Assembly: GCA_963765005.1 (NCBI GenBank)
Contig: CAVXUP010000002.1
Location: 279,607-343,606, forward strand
Source of the DNA: an uncultured Bacteroidales bacterium
GTDB taxonomy: Bacteria; Bacteroidota; Bacteroidia; Bacteroidales; VadinHA17
Reading direction: 5' to 3'
DNA: 64,000 nt
Positions 19,470 through 30,060 of this stretch are shown here, one piece after another (the first letter of the stretch is position 1; each line of letters begins with the position of its first letter). A program made the translations under genes and the position numbers. Below the pieces are notes generated by a model. That model saw only the letters and a list, made by a program, of their open reading frames with translations, made no database searches and had not been told where the DNA came from.

Positions 19470-22221
19470 ATGAAACGAACAATTTTATTAGTATTTATTC
19501 TTTTATCCTTATTTCCTGTAAAAGCCCAGAAAACCGAAATTCAATATTTATCAGGCACTGATAAAGACAATATGGTTCAATGGGATTTCATGGTTAACAA
19601 TGGCATGAACAAAGATAAATGGAGTAAAATTGGTGTCCCTTCAAATTGGGAACTTCAGGGTTTTGGTTCGTATCTGTATGGAAAGGTCAATAAGGAGATT
19701 AATGAAACCGGTCTTTATAAGTATGAATTTACAGTTTCCAGAACATGGAAAAAGAAAAAGGTATATATAGTTTTTGAAGGGTCAATGACCGATACCGAGG
19801 TGAAAATTAATGGAAAACCTGTCGGGGCCGGTGCATCAGGGAGCCTTTTATCAATTTAAGTATGATGTATCAGAATTGCTGAACTGGGAAGGGAAGAACC
19901 TGCTGGAGGTCAAAGTAACCAAAGAATCAGCTAATGAAAGTGTTAACAGGGCTGAGCGATTGTCGGACTACTGGGTTTTCGGAGGGATATTCCGGCCGGT
20001 TTACCTGAAGGCTGTTCCTCCTCAGTTTATCGACAGGGTGGCAATTGATGCAAAGGCTGATGGCTCATTTTATATGGATGCATATACCAAAGGAGCCGGC
20101 AAGGCAAAAACTCTGACAGCACAATTACAAACTATTGATGGCAAACCTTTCGGGGGAGTGCTGACAGCTGGTGTTAATAATGATTCAACGGGTAAGGCTA
20201 CAATCAGGGGATCATTCACGAAACCTGCTTTGTGGAATCCTGAGTTTCCAAATCTGTACCAGGTTGTTGTAAGCTTAAAGGAAGGGAAGAAGTCAACTCA
20301 TGAGCTAACTCAGAAGTTCGGATTCCGTACTGTTGAGGTAAGACCTGAAGATGGCATATATGTAAATAACCAGAAGATTATCTTCAGAGGTGTCTGCCGT
20401 CATACATTCTGGCCATCGTCGGGACGCACAAGCAGCAAGCAACTGGCAATCGACGATGTGAACCTTATGAAGGATATGAATATGAATGCCGTGAGGATGA
20501 GTCATTATCCTCCTGACCAGTATTTTCTTGATGTCTGCGATTCGATGGGGATGTTTGTTCTTGATGAGCTTGCAGGCTGGCAGAAGTTTTATGATACCCC
20601 AACTGCTAAAAGACTGGTAAGACAGGTTGTTGAAAGAGATGTTAACCATCCTTCAATAGTACTCTGGGACAATGGAAATGAGGGAGGTTTCAATAAGGAT
20701 GTGCGTGGAGATTATGCACTTTATGATCCTCAGAAACGTACGGTAATCGAGCCATGGTCAATTATAAATGGCACTAATACAAAGCATTATCCAAAATATC
20801 CTTATGTTGAGAATGCACTGAATAATGGTAAGGAGATTTTCTTTCCAACCGAATTTCTGCATGGGTTAAACGATGGCGGACATGGTGCCGGGCTCGATGA
20901 TCAATGGAATTTCATGCTCTCCAAACCTCAGGCAGCAGGAGCATTTTTATGGGTATTTGCTGATGAGGGAGTAGAGCGAAAAGATAAAAATGATTCGATC
21001 GACACCTGGGGTAACCAGGCTCCCGATGGTATCCTTGGCCCTTACCATGAAAAGGAGGGAAGTTTTTACACAGTGAAGGAAATCTGGTCGCCTGTGTATT
21101 TTAAAACAACTGAAATCGGTCCGGATTTCAATGGAAAGCTGGAGGTAAGCAACCGGTTTCTATACAGCAATCTGAACCTTTCCACTTATTCTTTTGAACT
21201 CGTAAAATTCGGCTCTGGCTTTCCAAAAGTTGAATCTGTCAGAAAAACCGGAGCTGTTAAGTCCCCTGATATTGCTGCAGGTGAACATGGAACCCTGAAC
21301 CTGGAACTTCCCGGTGACTGGAAGACCTTTGACGTCTTGTATGTAACAGCAACTGACCAGTATGGCCGTCAGATCAACACCTGGTCGTGGAATCTGGTAA
21401 AGCCTGTAGATTTCAGCTCACGAATTTTAAAATCTGCTTCCCCATCCATGGTAAGTTCTTCAGAGCTTAACAATCAACTTACAGTTACATCGGGGAATAC
21501 TGCAATAACTTTTGATAAGCTTAACGGGTCAATAAGCTCTGTGAAAAGTAATGGTAGGAGCATTCCTTTCGGAGGGTTTCAGTTTGCAGGATTTAACCGG
21601 AATTATAAAGAAATGAAGAGCTATAAAGATGGCGAGGACTTCATTGTTGAAATTGTATACGACAGTTCCTGTTTTGCAAAGTGGACAATGCTTAAAGGTG
21701 GATTGATAAAGCTTGATTATGGATACTCTTTGAAAGGGTCGGTTGATTATTCCGGAATAACTTTTTCATATCCTGAAAGTATTGTAACTGGCGCAACACT
21801 AATGGCAAACGGACCATACCGGGTCTGGAAAAACAGACTTAAGGGAACGCAGTTTGGTGTTTTCAATAAGAAGTATAATAACACTGTTACCGGTCAGTCG
21901 TGGGATTACCCTGAGTTCAAAGGATATTATTCCAATTTCTATGCAGTTGAGATTCAGACAAAAGAGCTGCCTGTTACAATTTTCACCTCTACACCTGACC
22001 TTTTCCTGCACCTCTTTACACCTTCAGCAGCCACTAACTTAAGAGGTGTCAGAGGTGGAATGACACCGGCTTTCCCATCTGGAAACATATCTTTTTTGCA
22101 TGGGATCAGCGCCATCGGCACAAAGTTTTCGAGTTCACAGGCCGAGGGTCCTCAGGGAGAGAAGAATGTTTATTCCGGCGAACCGGTGACAGGAACGGTA
22201 TATTTCAGATTTGGTTTGTAG
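19470..22221 (+). pseudogene. Glycoside hydrolase family 2 (beta-galactosidase/glucuronidase-type), one +1 frameshift at a G4 run
   Basis: Two ORFs (19443-19859, 19810-22221). Joining KINGKPVG to PVHQGAFYQF requires removing one G from GGGG at 19824-19827. GH2 motifs VNHPSIVLWDNGNEGG; signal peptide from ATG 19470. Confidence 0.8.
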
Positions 22222-22257
22222 GCACCCGTGGCAATTGTTGTGGAGACGCACTGCAAC

Positions 22258-22293
22258 TGTAGTAGAGACGCGATGCATCGCGTCTCTACAATA
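22258..22293. terminator. 28-nt perfect palindrome gtagagacgcgatgcatcgcgtctctac (bidirectional terminator candidate)
   Basis: Perfect pairing 22262-22289 checked base by base. Lies between convergent GH2 and DUF5009 genes. Preceded by the partial word gtggagacgca. Confidence 0.7.
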
Positions 22294-22311
22294 GACCATA
22301 TCGAATTATTA

Positions 22312-23433
22312 TCATACTCTGAGGAATATTTTTTTCTTATAGAGAATATAGAGGAAAACCCAGGCAATGGCTGTCACACCTATTCCGTTTATGAGTGGTG
22401 CCCATGCTTCAGGGAAAAGCTCAGTGATTCCGCCGAAGAAAAATCTTGTCGCGGACCTGAAATTAATAATTCGCTCAGTAAGATAGATTGTTATCGGGTT
22501 CATGCCGATGACTACAAAAAAGAATGACCATTTGCTGAACTTCCACACATCAATTATAAGATGGAAGACTGAAAAGAGAAGGATGCTCAGTCCGCCGACA
22601 AAGCAGACAAATGAGCTGCTCCAGAAATTCTTGTTTATCGGGAATGCAAGATTCCAGATCTTTCCGATAGCCATCAGGGCAATGGCAGCAAGTACCAGGT
22701 AAAGAACCTTTTTCAGTGGCTTGTCGTTAAGGTATTTCGACAGCATGAATTCGCCTGTGAACATTCCCAGTAAGGCAGTGCATATAGCAGGCAAAGTGCT
22801 GAAAAGTCCCTCCGGGTCATGATTTCCAAGATAAAGTCTTCCCGGCATTATCATTCTGTCGATATAACTTGCAAGATTGCCCTCCTGAGAGTAAGGATCC
22901 ATTGATCCAAGGTCATGCGCCGGGAAGAGAATAAACATAGCCCAGTAGCCAAGAAGGATAACCCAGAACCATATTATCCGGAAACTGAGTTTTGTATTGA
23001 TGAAGATAAGCGCTGCGAACATCCAGGCAAGACCGATTCTTCCCAGAACGCTTCCATAGCGGAGTCCGTCGAAATTGAATTTTATACCATTATTATATAT
23101 AATGCCAAGGAAAACAAGGATCAGTCCCCTTGTAAAAATATGTTTATATATCACCTGCCGGCTTTCCCCTGAAGCTATCCTTTTTGCCATTGAGAAAGGA
23201 AACGAAATCCCTGCAATAAAAAGGAAGAGCGGGAAGATCATATCGTAAAATACAAATCCATGCCAGGGCACATGATCGAGTTGTCTGGCCCACCATTCGA
23301 ATACGGGCCAGCCGGTAAGTGTAGCAAGGCCTATAAAGATACTTTCACCGCCCATTATCCAGAACATGTCAAAACCTCGTAAAGCATCGAGTGATTGAAG
23401 ACGATTGGTTGCAGGTTTGTTTTCAGTTGCCAT
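22312..23433 (-). CDS. Multi-pass membrane acyltransferase, DUF5009/DUF1624 (heparan-alpha-glucosaminide N-acetyltransferase-like)
   Basis: RLQSLDALRGFDMFWIMGGE start and about 10 hydrophobic segments, typical of this family in PULs. Confidence 0.6.
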   Translation of the reverse strand: MATENKPATNRLQSLDALRGFDMFWIMGGESIFIGLATLTGWPVFEWWARQLDHVPWHGFVFYDMIFPLFLFIAGISFPFSMAKRIASGESRQVIYKHIFTRGLILVFLGIIYNNGIKFNFDGLRYGSVLGRIGLAWMFAALIFINTKLSFRIIWFWVILLGYWAMFILFPAHDLGSMDPYSQEGNLASYIDRMIMPGRLYLGNHDPEGLFSTLPAICTALLGMFTGEFMLSKYLNDKPLKKVLYLVLAAIALMAIGKIWNLAFPINKNFWSSSFVCFVGGLSILLFSVFHLIIDVWKFSKWSFFFVVIGMNPITIYLTERIINFRSATRFFFGGITELFPEAWAPLINGIGVTAIAWVFLYILYKKKIFLRV

Positions 23434-23895
23434 TATAGGATTATTATGGTTATTAGTAGCATTGACTCATTTCTTTTTGAAAAGTCAGTCTCGATGCAAA
23501 TTGCAAATAATATCTCAGAATATTTATCAAATGTCAGGAGATTTTTTTCTCCGCACCACCATATGTTTGCCAGATAATTACTTGCATATTAGTCTGCATT
23601 GCTCAGAAGGTGAGAGGTTATTAAAAAAAGTTAATTCGTGTAACATTTTTGTAACAATAGTATTTTTTTCATAAATTGCTCCATTAATGGTTCTTTAAAT
23701 TCAGAAGTGACTAAACAATAATGATGTAATATAAAATTTTTATTTGCTTAACCATTCCGAAATATTAAAATGAGAATTTTGCCATGGATGAACATAATTT
23801 CTTTTTCTGCGTTAATACCTTTGATTTGAAGTAACCTTAACCTTTCTAATTTGTTTTTTATTCAAACCTTAATACTAACTAATCCCTAATTATTT

Positions 23896-26800
23896 ATGAA
23901 AAATGTTCTGATGATCCTGTTATTTTTGGCATCGACAGCGGTCTATGCTCAAAGAATAACAATTACAGGAACAGTTACCGACTCGCAGGGCGTAGGCCTT
24001 CCGGGGGCGACTGTTACGGTGAAAGGCACAAATCAGGGAGTACTTTCCGGCCCAGACGGGAAGTATTCTATTGATGTAGCCAGCACAAATGTTACTCTGG
24101 CATTTTCTTTCGTGGGTTATATCACAAAGGATGTTCCGGCGAATAATCAAACAGTTATAAATGTTATGCTGGTTGACGATACACAGAGCCTTGGCGAGGT
24201 TGTTGTTGTCGGTTATGGAACCCAGAAAAAACTAAATCTTACTGCTGCCGTTGACCAGGTTACAAGTGAAAGACTCGAAAACAGGCCTGTTGCAAACATC
24301 ACCCAGGGTCTTCAGGGGGTAATGCCCAACCTGAATATCAGGGTGCTCGACGGTAAGCCGATACAGGCGCCCAGCTACAACATCAGGGGAACAACCTCGA
24401 TCGGGCAGGGTGGAAGTGCACTGGTACTTATTGACGGTGTTGAAGGCGATCCATCACTTCTGAACCCTAACGATATTGCCAGCGTATCGATGCTTAAGGA
24501 TGCTGCATCTGCCTCCATCTATGGAGCAAGGGGCGCCTTTGGAGTGGTGCTTATAACAACCAAAAACCCTGATAAGGGTAAAACAAGTGTTACTTTCTCC
24601 TCTAATTTCGCAGTTAAAAAGCCGATTGGAGTTCCTGATTTTGTAACCGATGGTTACACCTATGTGAAGATGTTCTCCGAAGCATTTCTTAACGGTGACG
24701 GTTCCTTTCCTCAGAACATAAACAAGACCCAGAAGTTCTCACAGGCATATCTCGATGCCTTCAGGGCAAAAGTTGAATCTGGCCAGCCTTATAATGAAGT
24801 TGAGATCGACCCGGTTACAGGCGAATATGTTTATTATGCAAGCACAGATTATTATGACGAGTTATATAAGGATAACACTCTCGCATCGGATAATAACATT
24901 ACTATAACCGGAAGCGGAGATAAAACAACTTTCCTTATTTCCGGACGTTATATGGCCCAGAACGGTCTGTTTAAATATAATTCCGATGATTACAATATGC
25001 TGAACTTCCGCGCAAAGGGAAGTATCCAGGTTACACCGTGGCTTGTAATCGATAATAACACCGATTATTCAGAAATGAAGTATCACAACCCTCTCAACGT
25101 GGGTGAGGGTAGCGGTATATGGAGGAATATCGGTGATGAAGGTCATCCTTCATCTCCCTTATTCAATCCCGACGGTACCATCACTATGTCATCAGTTTAC
25201 ACAGTGGGCGATTTTTGGTATAACAAGAATGGTATTGATCAGAAAAGAGGCGTGTTCAGAAATACAACTGGTTTTACAGCGGAATTTCTTAATAAGACGT
25301 TGCGATTCAAGGGAGATGTGACTTTCAGGAATACTAATAACAACACGGAGACGAAGCGTGTGCAAGTGCCTTACAGCAACAAGCCCGGTACCATAGCATA
25401 TGTCGGAACAACGACTAATGACCTTAATTTTGACCAGAGAGAGACACAATACCTGGCAACTAACATCTATACCGAATATGAAAACACCTTCTCCGATGCT
25501 CATTATCTGAAAGTGCTTGTAGGCTATAACTATGAACAATCAACCTACAACAGGCTTGCAACACAGAGGAATGGTATTATCTACGAAGATGCAACAGACC
25601 TTAACCTGGCTTTAGGTCAGGCAATAGTTACAGGCGGCGGTTATGAGAAATGGGCAATCCTTGGTGGATTCTCCAGGCTAAACTATTCTTATAAAGACAG
25701 ATACCTGCTTGAGGTGAATGCACGTTATGACGGCTCATCAAAATTTCCTGCCGATCAGAGATATGCTTTCTTCCCCTCTGTGTCAGCAGGCTGGCGTCTG
25801 TCTAAAGAGGCTTTCTGGAATGTATCTCCGAAGATCATTTCCGATATTAAGATCAGAGGATCGTATGGATCACTCGGAAACGGAAACATAAACTCATATG
25901 TATACCAGGAACAGTTCTCCATTTCACAGGCCGGATACATTCTTAACGGTGTCAGACCTCAGAGGACCAGCAGTCCGAGCGTACTTCCTGATGGAATTAC
26001 CTGGGAGACATCAACCACAACAGACTTCGGACTTGACTTTGCAATGTTATCCGACAGGTTAAGGTTCGTCGGTGACTATTATATAAGAAATACAACCGAT
26101 ATGTACACTATTGGTCTGACTCTTCCCCAGGTGTTCGGTGCAACACCACCAAAAGGAAACTATGCCGACCTTCAGACAAAAGGCTGGGAACTTACGCTTT
26201 CATGGCGGGATAAGTTTAATATCGGCCCCAAACCTCTTAATTATAGTTTCCGATTTACCCTTGCTGACAACAAAGCAGTTATTAAGCGATATAACAATCC
26301 TGACAAACTACTTTCTGATTACTATGAAGGGCAGGTTATTGGCGAGATGTGGGGTTATACAACAGAAGGGTTCTTCATTGATCAGGCAGATGTTGATTCT
26401 CATGCCAAGCAGAGTCCGCAGATGAGGGCATCTCCTACAAACCTCTGGTTTGCAGGTGACATTAAACTCAAAGACCAGAATGGTGACGGTTTTGTAAATA
26501 TTGGCACAAACAGGGTTTCAGATCCGGGCGACAGGACAATCATTGGCAACAGCGCTCCTCACTACAACTATAGTATGACTTTCGAGGCTGATTACAGTAA
26601 TATCTTTTTCTCAATGTTTTTCCAGGGTATAGGAAAACAGCAGTGGTACCCAAGTACCGAGTCTGAGATTTTCTGGGGCCAATATAACAGGCCATACAAC
26701 AACGTCCCGATTTTCCATCTCGGAAACATGTGGACACCTGAAAATGTAAATGCATATTTTCCAAGGACAATGTCGCGCGCAGCATCAAGCAGTTCGGCCA

Positions 26801-27108
26801 GGGAACTTGGAGTTGTTCAGACAAAATACCTCCAGAATATTGCCTATTTAAGACTGAAAAATATTCAGCTGGGATATAACCTCCCGCAGAACATTGTTTC
26901 AAAGATCGGAGCAAGCGCCTTAAGAGTCTATGTATCAGGTGAAAATGTCTTTACCTGGTCGCCGCTCTATGACCTCGTTGGCAAAGGGCATATTGATGTT
27001 GAGAATACGGGGCCCTCTGACCAGGTATTTACCTCTGGTAATGCCGGTGACGGATATAATTATCCAATGATGTCGAGCATGTCGTTTGGAATTAATGTAA
27101 CATTTTAA
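23896..27108 (+). CDS. susC: SusC/RagA-family TonB-linked outer membrane transporter
   Basis: 1070 aa; CarboxypepD_reg N-domain (ITITGTVTDSQGVGLPGATVTVKGT); VVVVGYGTQKK TonB-box region; plug (ASVSMLKDAASASIYGARGAFGVVLITTK); C-terminal F. Confidence 0.9.
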   Translation: MKNVLMILLFLASTAVYAQRITITGTVTDSQGVGLPGATVTVKGTNQGVLSGPDGKYSIDVASTNVTLAFSFVGYITKDVPANNQTVINVMLVDDTQSLGEVVVVGYGTQKKLNLTAAVDQVTSERLENRPVANITQGLQGVMPNLNIRVLDGKPIQAPSYNIRGTTSIGQGGSALVLIDGVEGDPSLLNPNDIASVSMLKDAASASIYGARGAFGVVLITTKNPDKGKTSVTFSSNFAVKKPIGVPDFVTDGYTYVKMFSEAFLNGDGSFPQNINKTQKFSQAYLDAFRAKVESGQPYNEVEIDPVTGEYVYYASTDYYDELYKDNTLASDNNITITGSGDKTTFLISGRYMAQNGLFKYNSDDYNMLNFRAKGSIQVTPWLVIDNNTDYSEMKYHNPLNVGEGSGIWRNIGDEGHPSSPLFNPDGTITMSSVYTVGDFWYNKNGIDQKRGVFRNTTGFTAEFLNKTLRFKGDVTFRNTNNNTETKRVQVPYSNKPGTIAYVGTTTNDLNFDQRETQYLATNIYTEYENTFSDAHYLKVLVGYNYEQSTYNRLATQRNGIIYEDATDLNLALGQAIVTGGGYEKWAILGGFSRLNYSYKDRYLLEVNARYDGSSKFPADQRYAFFPSVSAGWRLSKEAFWNVSPKIISDIKIRGSYGSLGNGNINSYVYQEQFSISQAGYILNGVRPQRTSSPSVLPDGITWETSTTTDFGLDFAMLSDRLRFVGDYYIRNTTDMYTIGLTLPQVFGATPPKGNYADLQTKGWELTLSWRDKFNIGPKPLNYSFRFTLADNKAVIKRYNNPDKLLSDYYEGQVIGEMWGYTTEGFFIDQADVDSHAKQSPQMRASPTNLWFAGDIKLKDQNGDGFVNIGTNRVSDPGDRTIIGNSAPHYNYSMTFEADYSNIFFSMFFQGIGKQQWYPSTESEIFWGQYNRPYNNVPIFHLGNMWTPENVNAYFPRTMSRAASSSSARELGVVQTKYLQNIAYLRLKNIQLGYNLPQNIVSKIGASALRVYVSGENVFTWSPLYDLVGKGHIDVENTGPSDQVFTSGNAGDGYNYPMMSSMSFGINVTF

Positions 27109-27129
27109 CACTGCTAAAAATTTTAAGTT

Positions 27130-28896
27130 ATGAAAAAACAATATTTACTGTTCCTCTTTATTGGCTTGCTGCTTGCAAGTTGCGAGCTGGAACAAATTCC
27201 GCAGTCAACCGCTTCAAAGGAGGCTGTCTTCGGCAGTGAGAGCGGGCTGCAGTTATATACCAACTCCTTTTATGCCATACTGCCGCAGCGCAGTGCACAC
27301 CGCAACGACGCCATGGCGGATTATATGCCTGTAAAAACTGTTCCTACATTCGTTCAGGAAGGGGCATTTGCTCCTACCCTCAGCTCTGGTTGGGACTGGG
27401 GTGATCTGAGAAACATCAATTACTTCATAGCAAATAACAACGATCCCAAAATTCCGGTAGATATTAGGAAGAACTATACAGCGATTGCAAAGTTCTTCAG
27501 GGCTTACTTCTATTTTGAGAAGGTGAAGCGTTTCGGTGATGTTCCATGGATCAACAAGCCGCTCGATGTAGCCGATCCTGAACTTTATGGTCCTCGCAAT
27601 CCGAGAACTCTTATCATGGATTCCATTATAGCAGACTTAGACTATGCTTGTGCAAATATAAAATCGACAAGTGATGCCACGCGCAGCCTTGTTACAAAAT
27701 ATGTTGCCTACGCCCTTAAATCGAGAGTCTGTCTCTTCGAGGGAACATTCAGGAAGTATCACACAGAACTAAACCTGCAGGGAACTGCCAATACCTTCCT
27801 CGACCTCGCAGCTGTAGCTGCAAAGGAGGTAATGGACAAGGGTGGTTATTCAATCTACACTACAGGAGGCCCGGGTAAATCATACCGTACTGTATTCACA
27901 AATGCAACACCGATTAGTCAGGAAGTCATGCTTTCGGCGATCTGTGACCTTACCTTGTCAATATTGAATGATGCCAACTGGTATTGGACAAGCGGGACCT
28001 ATGGCGATAAGGCAAGTTTTAACAGAACATTTATCAACACTTATCTTAACCTTGACGGGACACCATATACCGACAATCCTGCGTATACAACAATGCTCTT
28101 CAAAGACGAAGTCAAGAACAGGGACCTGAGGCTGAAGCAGACAATCAGGCTTGGTGATTATAAGAGAATAAGCGCTGGCCAGCTTGTTGCCGGACCGCCG
28201 CTCTTTTCATATACCTTTACAGGCTATATGCCAATCAAATGGGCTCTCGATGACATGTATTATGATACAAGAGACCTTAACATAAACTCCATAGCAATGT
28301 TTCGCTTTGCTGAAGTTCTGCTGAATTTTGCTGAGGCAAAAGCTGAGCTCGGTACACTTACCGATGCTGAATGGGCTTCAACAATCGGCGTTCTTCGCAC
28401 CAGGGGAGGTATAACAGCTGGTCTTTCTACAAAGCCAACTGTAGTTGATACATATCTTCAGACCAATTATTTTCCGGCTATAACAGATCCTGTGATACTT
28501 GAGGTAAGAAGGGAAAGAGGAATTGAGCTCAGTCTCGAAGGATTCCGGTTCCATGATATACTCCGATGGAAGAGGGGTGAACTCATGAACCAGGAGTGGA
28601 ACGGTTTCTATGTTCCTGCTCTTTCAACACCAATGGACCTGAATGAAGATGGAGTCAATGATGTTGTCTTCTACCAGGGAACCAAGCCAAGCCTTGGATC
28701 ATCGCTTACTTATGTTGACGTTTCAGCTACAGTAGGGGGTAAAACCAACCCTCAGCTTCTTAAGAACGGCACTTCAGGCGAAATTACCTGGATGAATAAC
28801 ATTAAGAGGAAATGGGAAGATAAAATGTACTACTATCCTATCCCGCAATCAGCGCTGATCCTTAATCCCGACCTGGGGCAGAACCCAGGCTGGTAA
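27130..28896 (+). CDS. susD: SusD/RagB-family outer membrane glycan-binding lipoprotein
   Basis: Lipobox LLLASCE; lies immediately downstream of susC; FRAYFYFEKVKRFGDVPW and FRFAEVLLNFAEA motifs. Confidence 0.9.
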   Translation: MKKQYLLFLFIGLLLASCELEQIPQSTASKEAVFGSESGLQLYTNSFYAILPQRSAHRNDAMADYMPVKTVPTFVQEGAFAPTLSSGWDWGDLRNINYFIANNNDPKIPVDIRKNYTAIAKFFRAYFYFEKVKRFGDVPWINKPLDVADPELYGPRNPRTLIMDSIIADLDYACANIKSTSDATRSLVTKYVAYALKSRVCLFEGTFRKYHTELNLQGTANTFLDLAAVAAKEVMDKGGYSIYTTGGPGKSYRTVFTNATPISQEVMLSAICDLTLSILNDANWYWTSGTYGDKASFNRTFINTYLNLDGTPYTDNPAYTTMLFKDEVKNRDLRLKQTIRLGDYKRISAGQLVAGPPLFSYTFTGYMPIKWALDDMYYDTRDLNINSIAMFRFAEVLLNFAEAKAELGTLTDAEWASTIGVLRTRGGITAGLSTKPTVVDTYLQTNYFPAITDPVILEVRRERGIELSLEGFRFHDILRWKRGELMNQEWNGFYVPALSTPMDLNEDGVNDVVFYQGTKPSLGSSLTYVDVSATVGGKTNPQLLKNGTSGEITWMNNIKRKWEDKMYYYPIPQSALILNPDLGQNPGW

Positions 28897-28921
28897 TCCG
28901 CTAATTTTTTTTTAAAACTAA

Positions 28922-28962
28922 TTAACCGCAAAGCGAGCAAAGCCTGCAAGCTTTGCGGTTAA
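28922..28962. repeat. Hairpin ttaaccgcaaag...ctttgcggttaa (12-bp stem) with gcaaag words in the loop
   Basis: Read directly. Lies 3-prime of susD and 5-prime of the EEP gene. Confidence 0.8.
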
Positions 28963-28998
28963 CTTTTAATAAATTCATCTCATAAACAGATTAAAATC

Positions 28999-29862
28999 AT
29001 GAATAAAAGATATTTTATATTATTGTTTTCTGCATTGTTGCTGTTTGCCGCATCCATTACCACTGCAAGCGGACAGGGCAAAAAAGATACCCCATTCAAT
29101 ATTATTACTTATAATATAAGAATGAATACTCCTGATGATGGAGTAAATGCATGGCCATTAAGAAAAGATAAAGTAGCCGGATTGCTGAAATTTTATCAGG
29201 CAGATATCTTTAATGTCCAGGAAGCTCTTCCTGAGCAGATGGATGACCTGACTGCACTTTTCGCTGAATTTGACCATGTTGGTGTTGGCCGCGACGACGG
29301 TAAAAGAGCCGGAGAACATATGGGCATCTTTTACAAAAAATCGCGCTTCGAGAAACTGGCAGACGGAATGTTCTGGCTTAACGAGGCTACCGATAAACCT
29401 GGTTTTGGCTGGGATGCAGTTTGTAACAGGACAGTTACCTGGATAAAACTCAAGGATCTGATTACAAAAAAAACAATCTTCGTTTTTGATACCCATTTTG
29501 ATCACAGGGGAGTGAAGGCAAGAGAGGAATCAGCAAAACTTATCCTCAATAAAATAAAGGAAATAAATAAGGAAGGGCTTCCATTAATACTAACAGGTGA
29601 TCTGAATCTTGTGAAAACAAGTGTTCCTGTTCAGACAATCCTGAAAGACTTACCGGATGCAATGGATAAGACAGTTGCTCCGCATTATGGTCCTGAAGGT
29701 ACAAGCGGAGGATTCGACGTTAAGATCCTGCCACGGAAGATAGACTATATCTTTATCAACGATGGCGTTACAGTTTTGCGACACGGCCATCTTTCTGATT
29801 CATTCGGACTTTTCTATCCGTCGGATCATCTGCCGGTACTTGCTGAAGTAGTTATTAAGTAA
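28999..29862 (+). CDS. Endonuclease/exonuclease/phosphatase (EEP) family secreted protein
   Basis: ITYNIRMN start, FNVQE, DTHFDH, SDHLPV end motifs; signal peptide. Confidence 0.8.
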   Translation: MNKRYFILLFSALLLFAASITTASGQGKKDTPFNIITYNIRMNTPDDGVNAWPLRKDKVAGLLKFYQADIFNVQEALPEQMDDLTALFAEFDHVGVGRDDGKRAGEHMGIFYKKSRFEKLADGMFWLNEATDKPGFGWDAVCNRTVTWIKLKDLITKKTIFVFDTHFDHRGVKAREESAKLILNKIKEINKEGLPLILTGDLNLVKTSVPVQTILKDLPDAMDKTVAPHYGPEGTSGGFDVKILPRKIDYIFINDGVTVLRHGHLSDSFGLFYPSDHLPVLAEVVIK

Positions 29863-29867
29863 TCCAT

Positions 29868-29983
29868 TTAACCGCAAAGGACGCAAAGTCTAGACGCAAA
29901 GTTCGCAAAGAAAGAATTAACATTAGTATTCTTTGAGTTCTTTGCGTTCTTTGCGTTTCTTCTCTTAGAGTCCTTTGCGGTTT
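29868..29983. repeat. 116-nt word-array hairpin: (cgcaaag) x4 arm and (ctttgcg) x3 arm, same outer stem as 28922-28962
   Basis: ttaaccgcaaagg acgcaaag...acgcaaag ttcgcaaag | ...ttctttgcg ttctttgcg...cctttgcggttt. Confidence 0.8.
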
Positions 29984-30060
29984 ATGGATTTTGATTCTAA
30001 ACATTAATAAGTATATTTTGTTTACTTTTAACATACTTATATTATCTGGCTTATATATAA

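Noticed and set aside
23434-23895. The 460-nt AT-rich spacer upstream of the intact susC was checked for a small RNA, riboswitch or repeated operator.
   Set aside because: I could not identify a conserved structure, a repeat or a credible ORF by eye (the track ORFs 23395-23577 and 23405-23674 have no features). It is left unannotated rather than guessed.
28922-29983. Possibility that the hairpins flanking the EEP gene are integron attC sites bounding a gene cassette.
   Set aside because: The 3-prime cores read gttaact and gtttatg. They do not match the GTTRRRY R-prime consensus. No intI or attI is present, and the same repeat style occurs at ordinary gene ends throughout the window.
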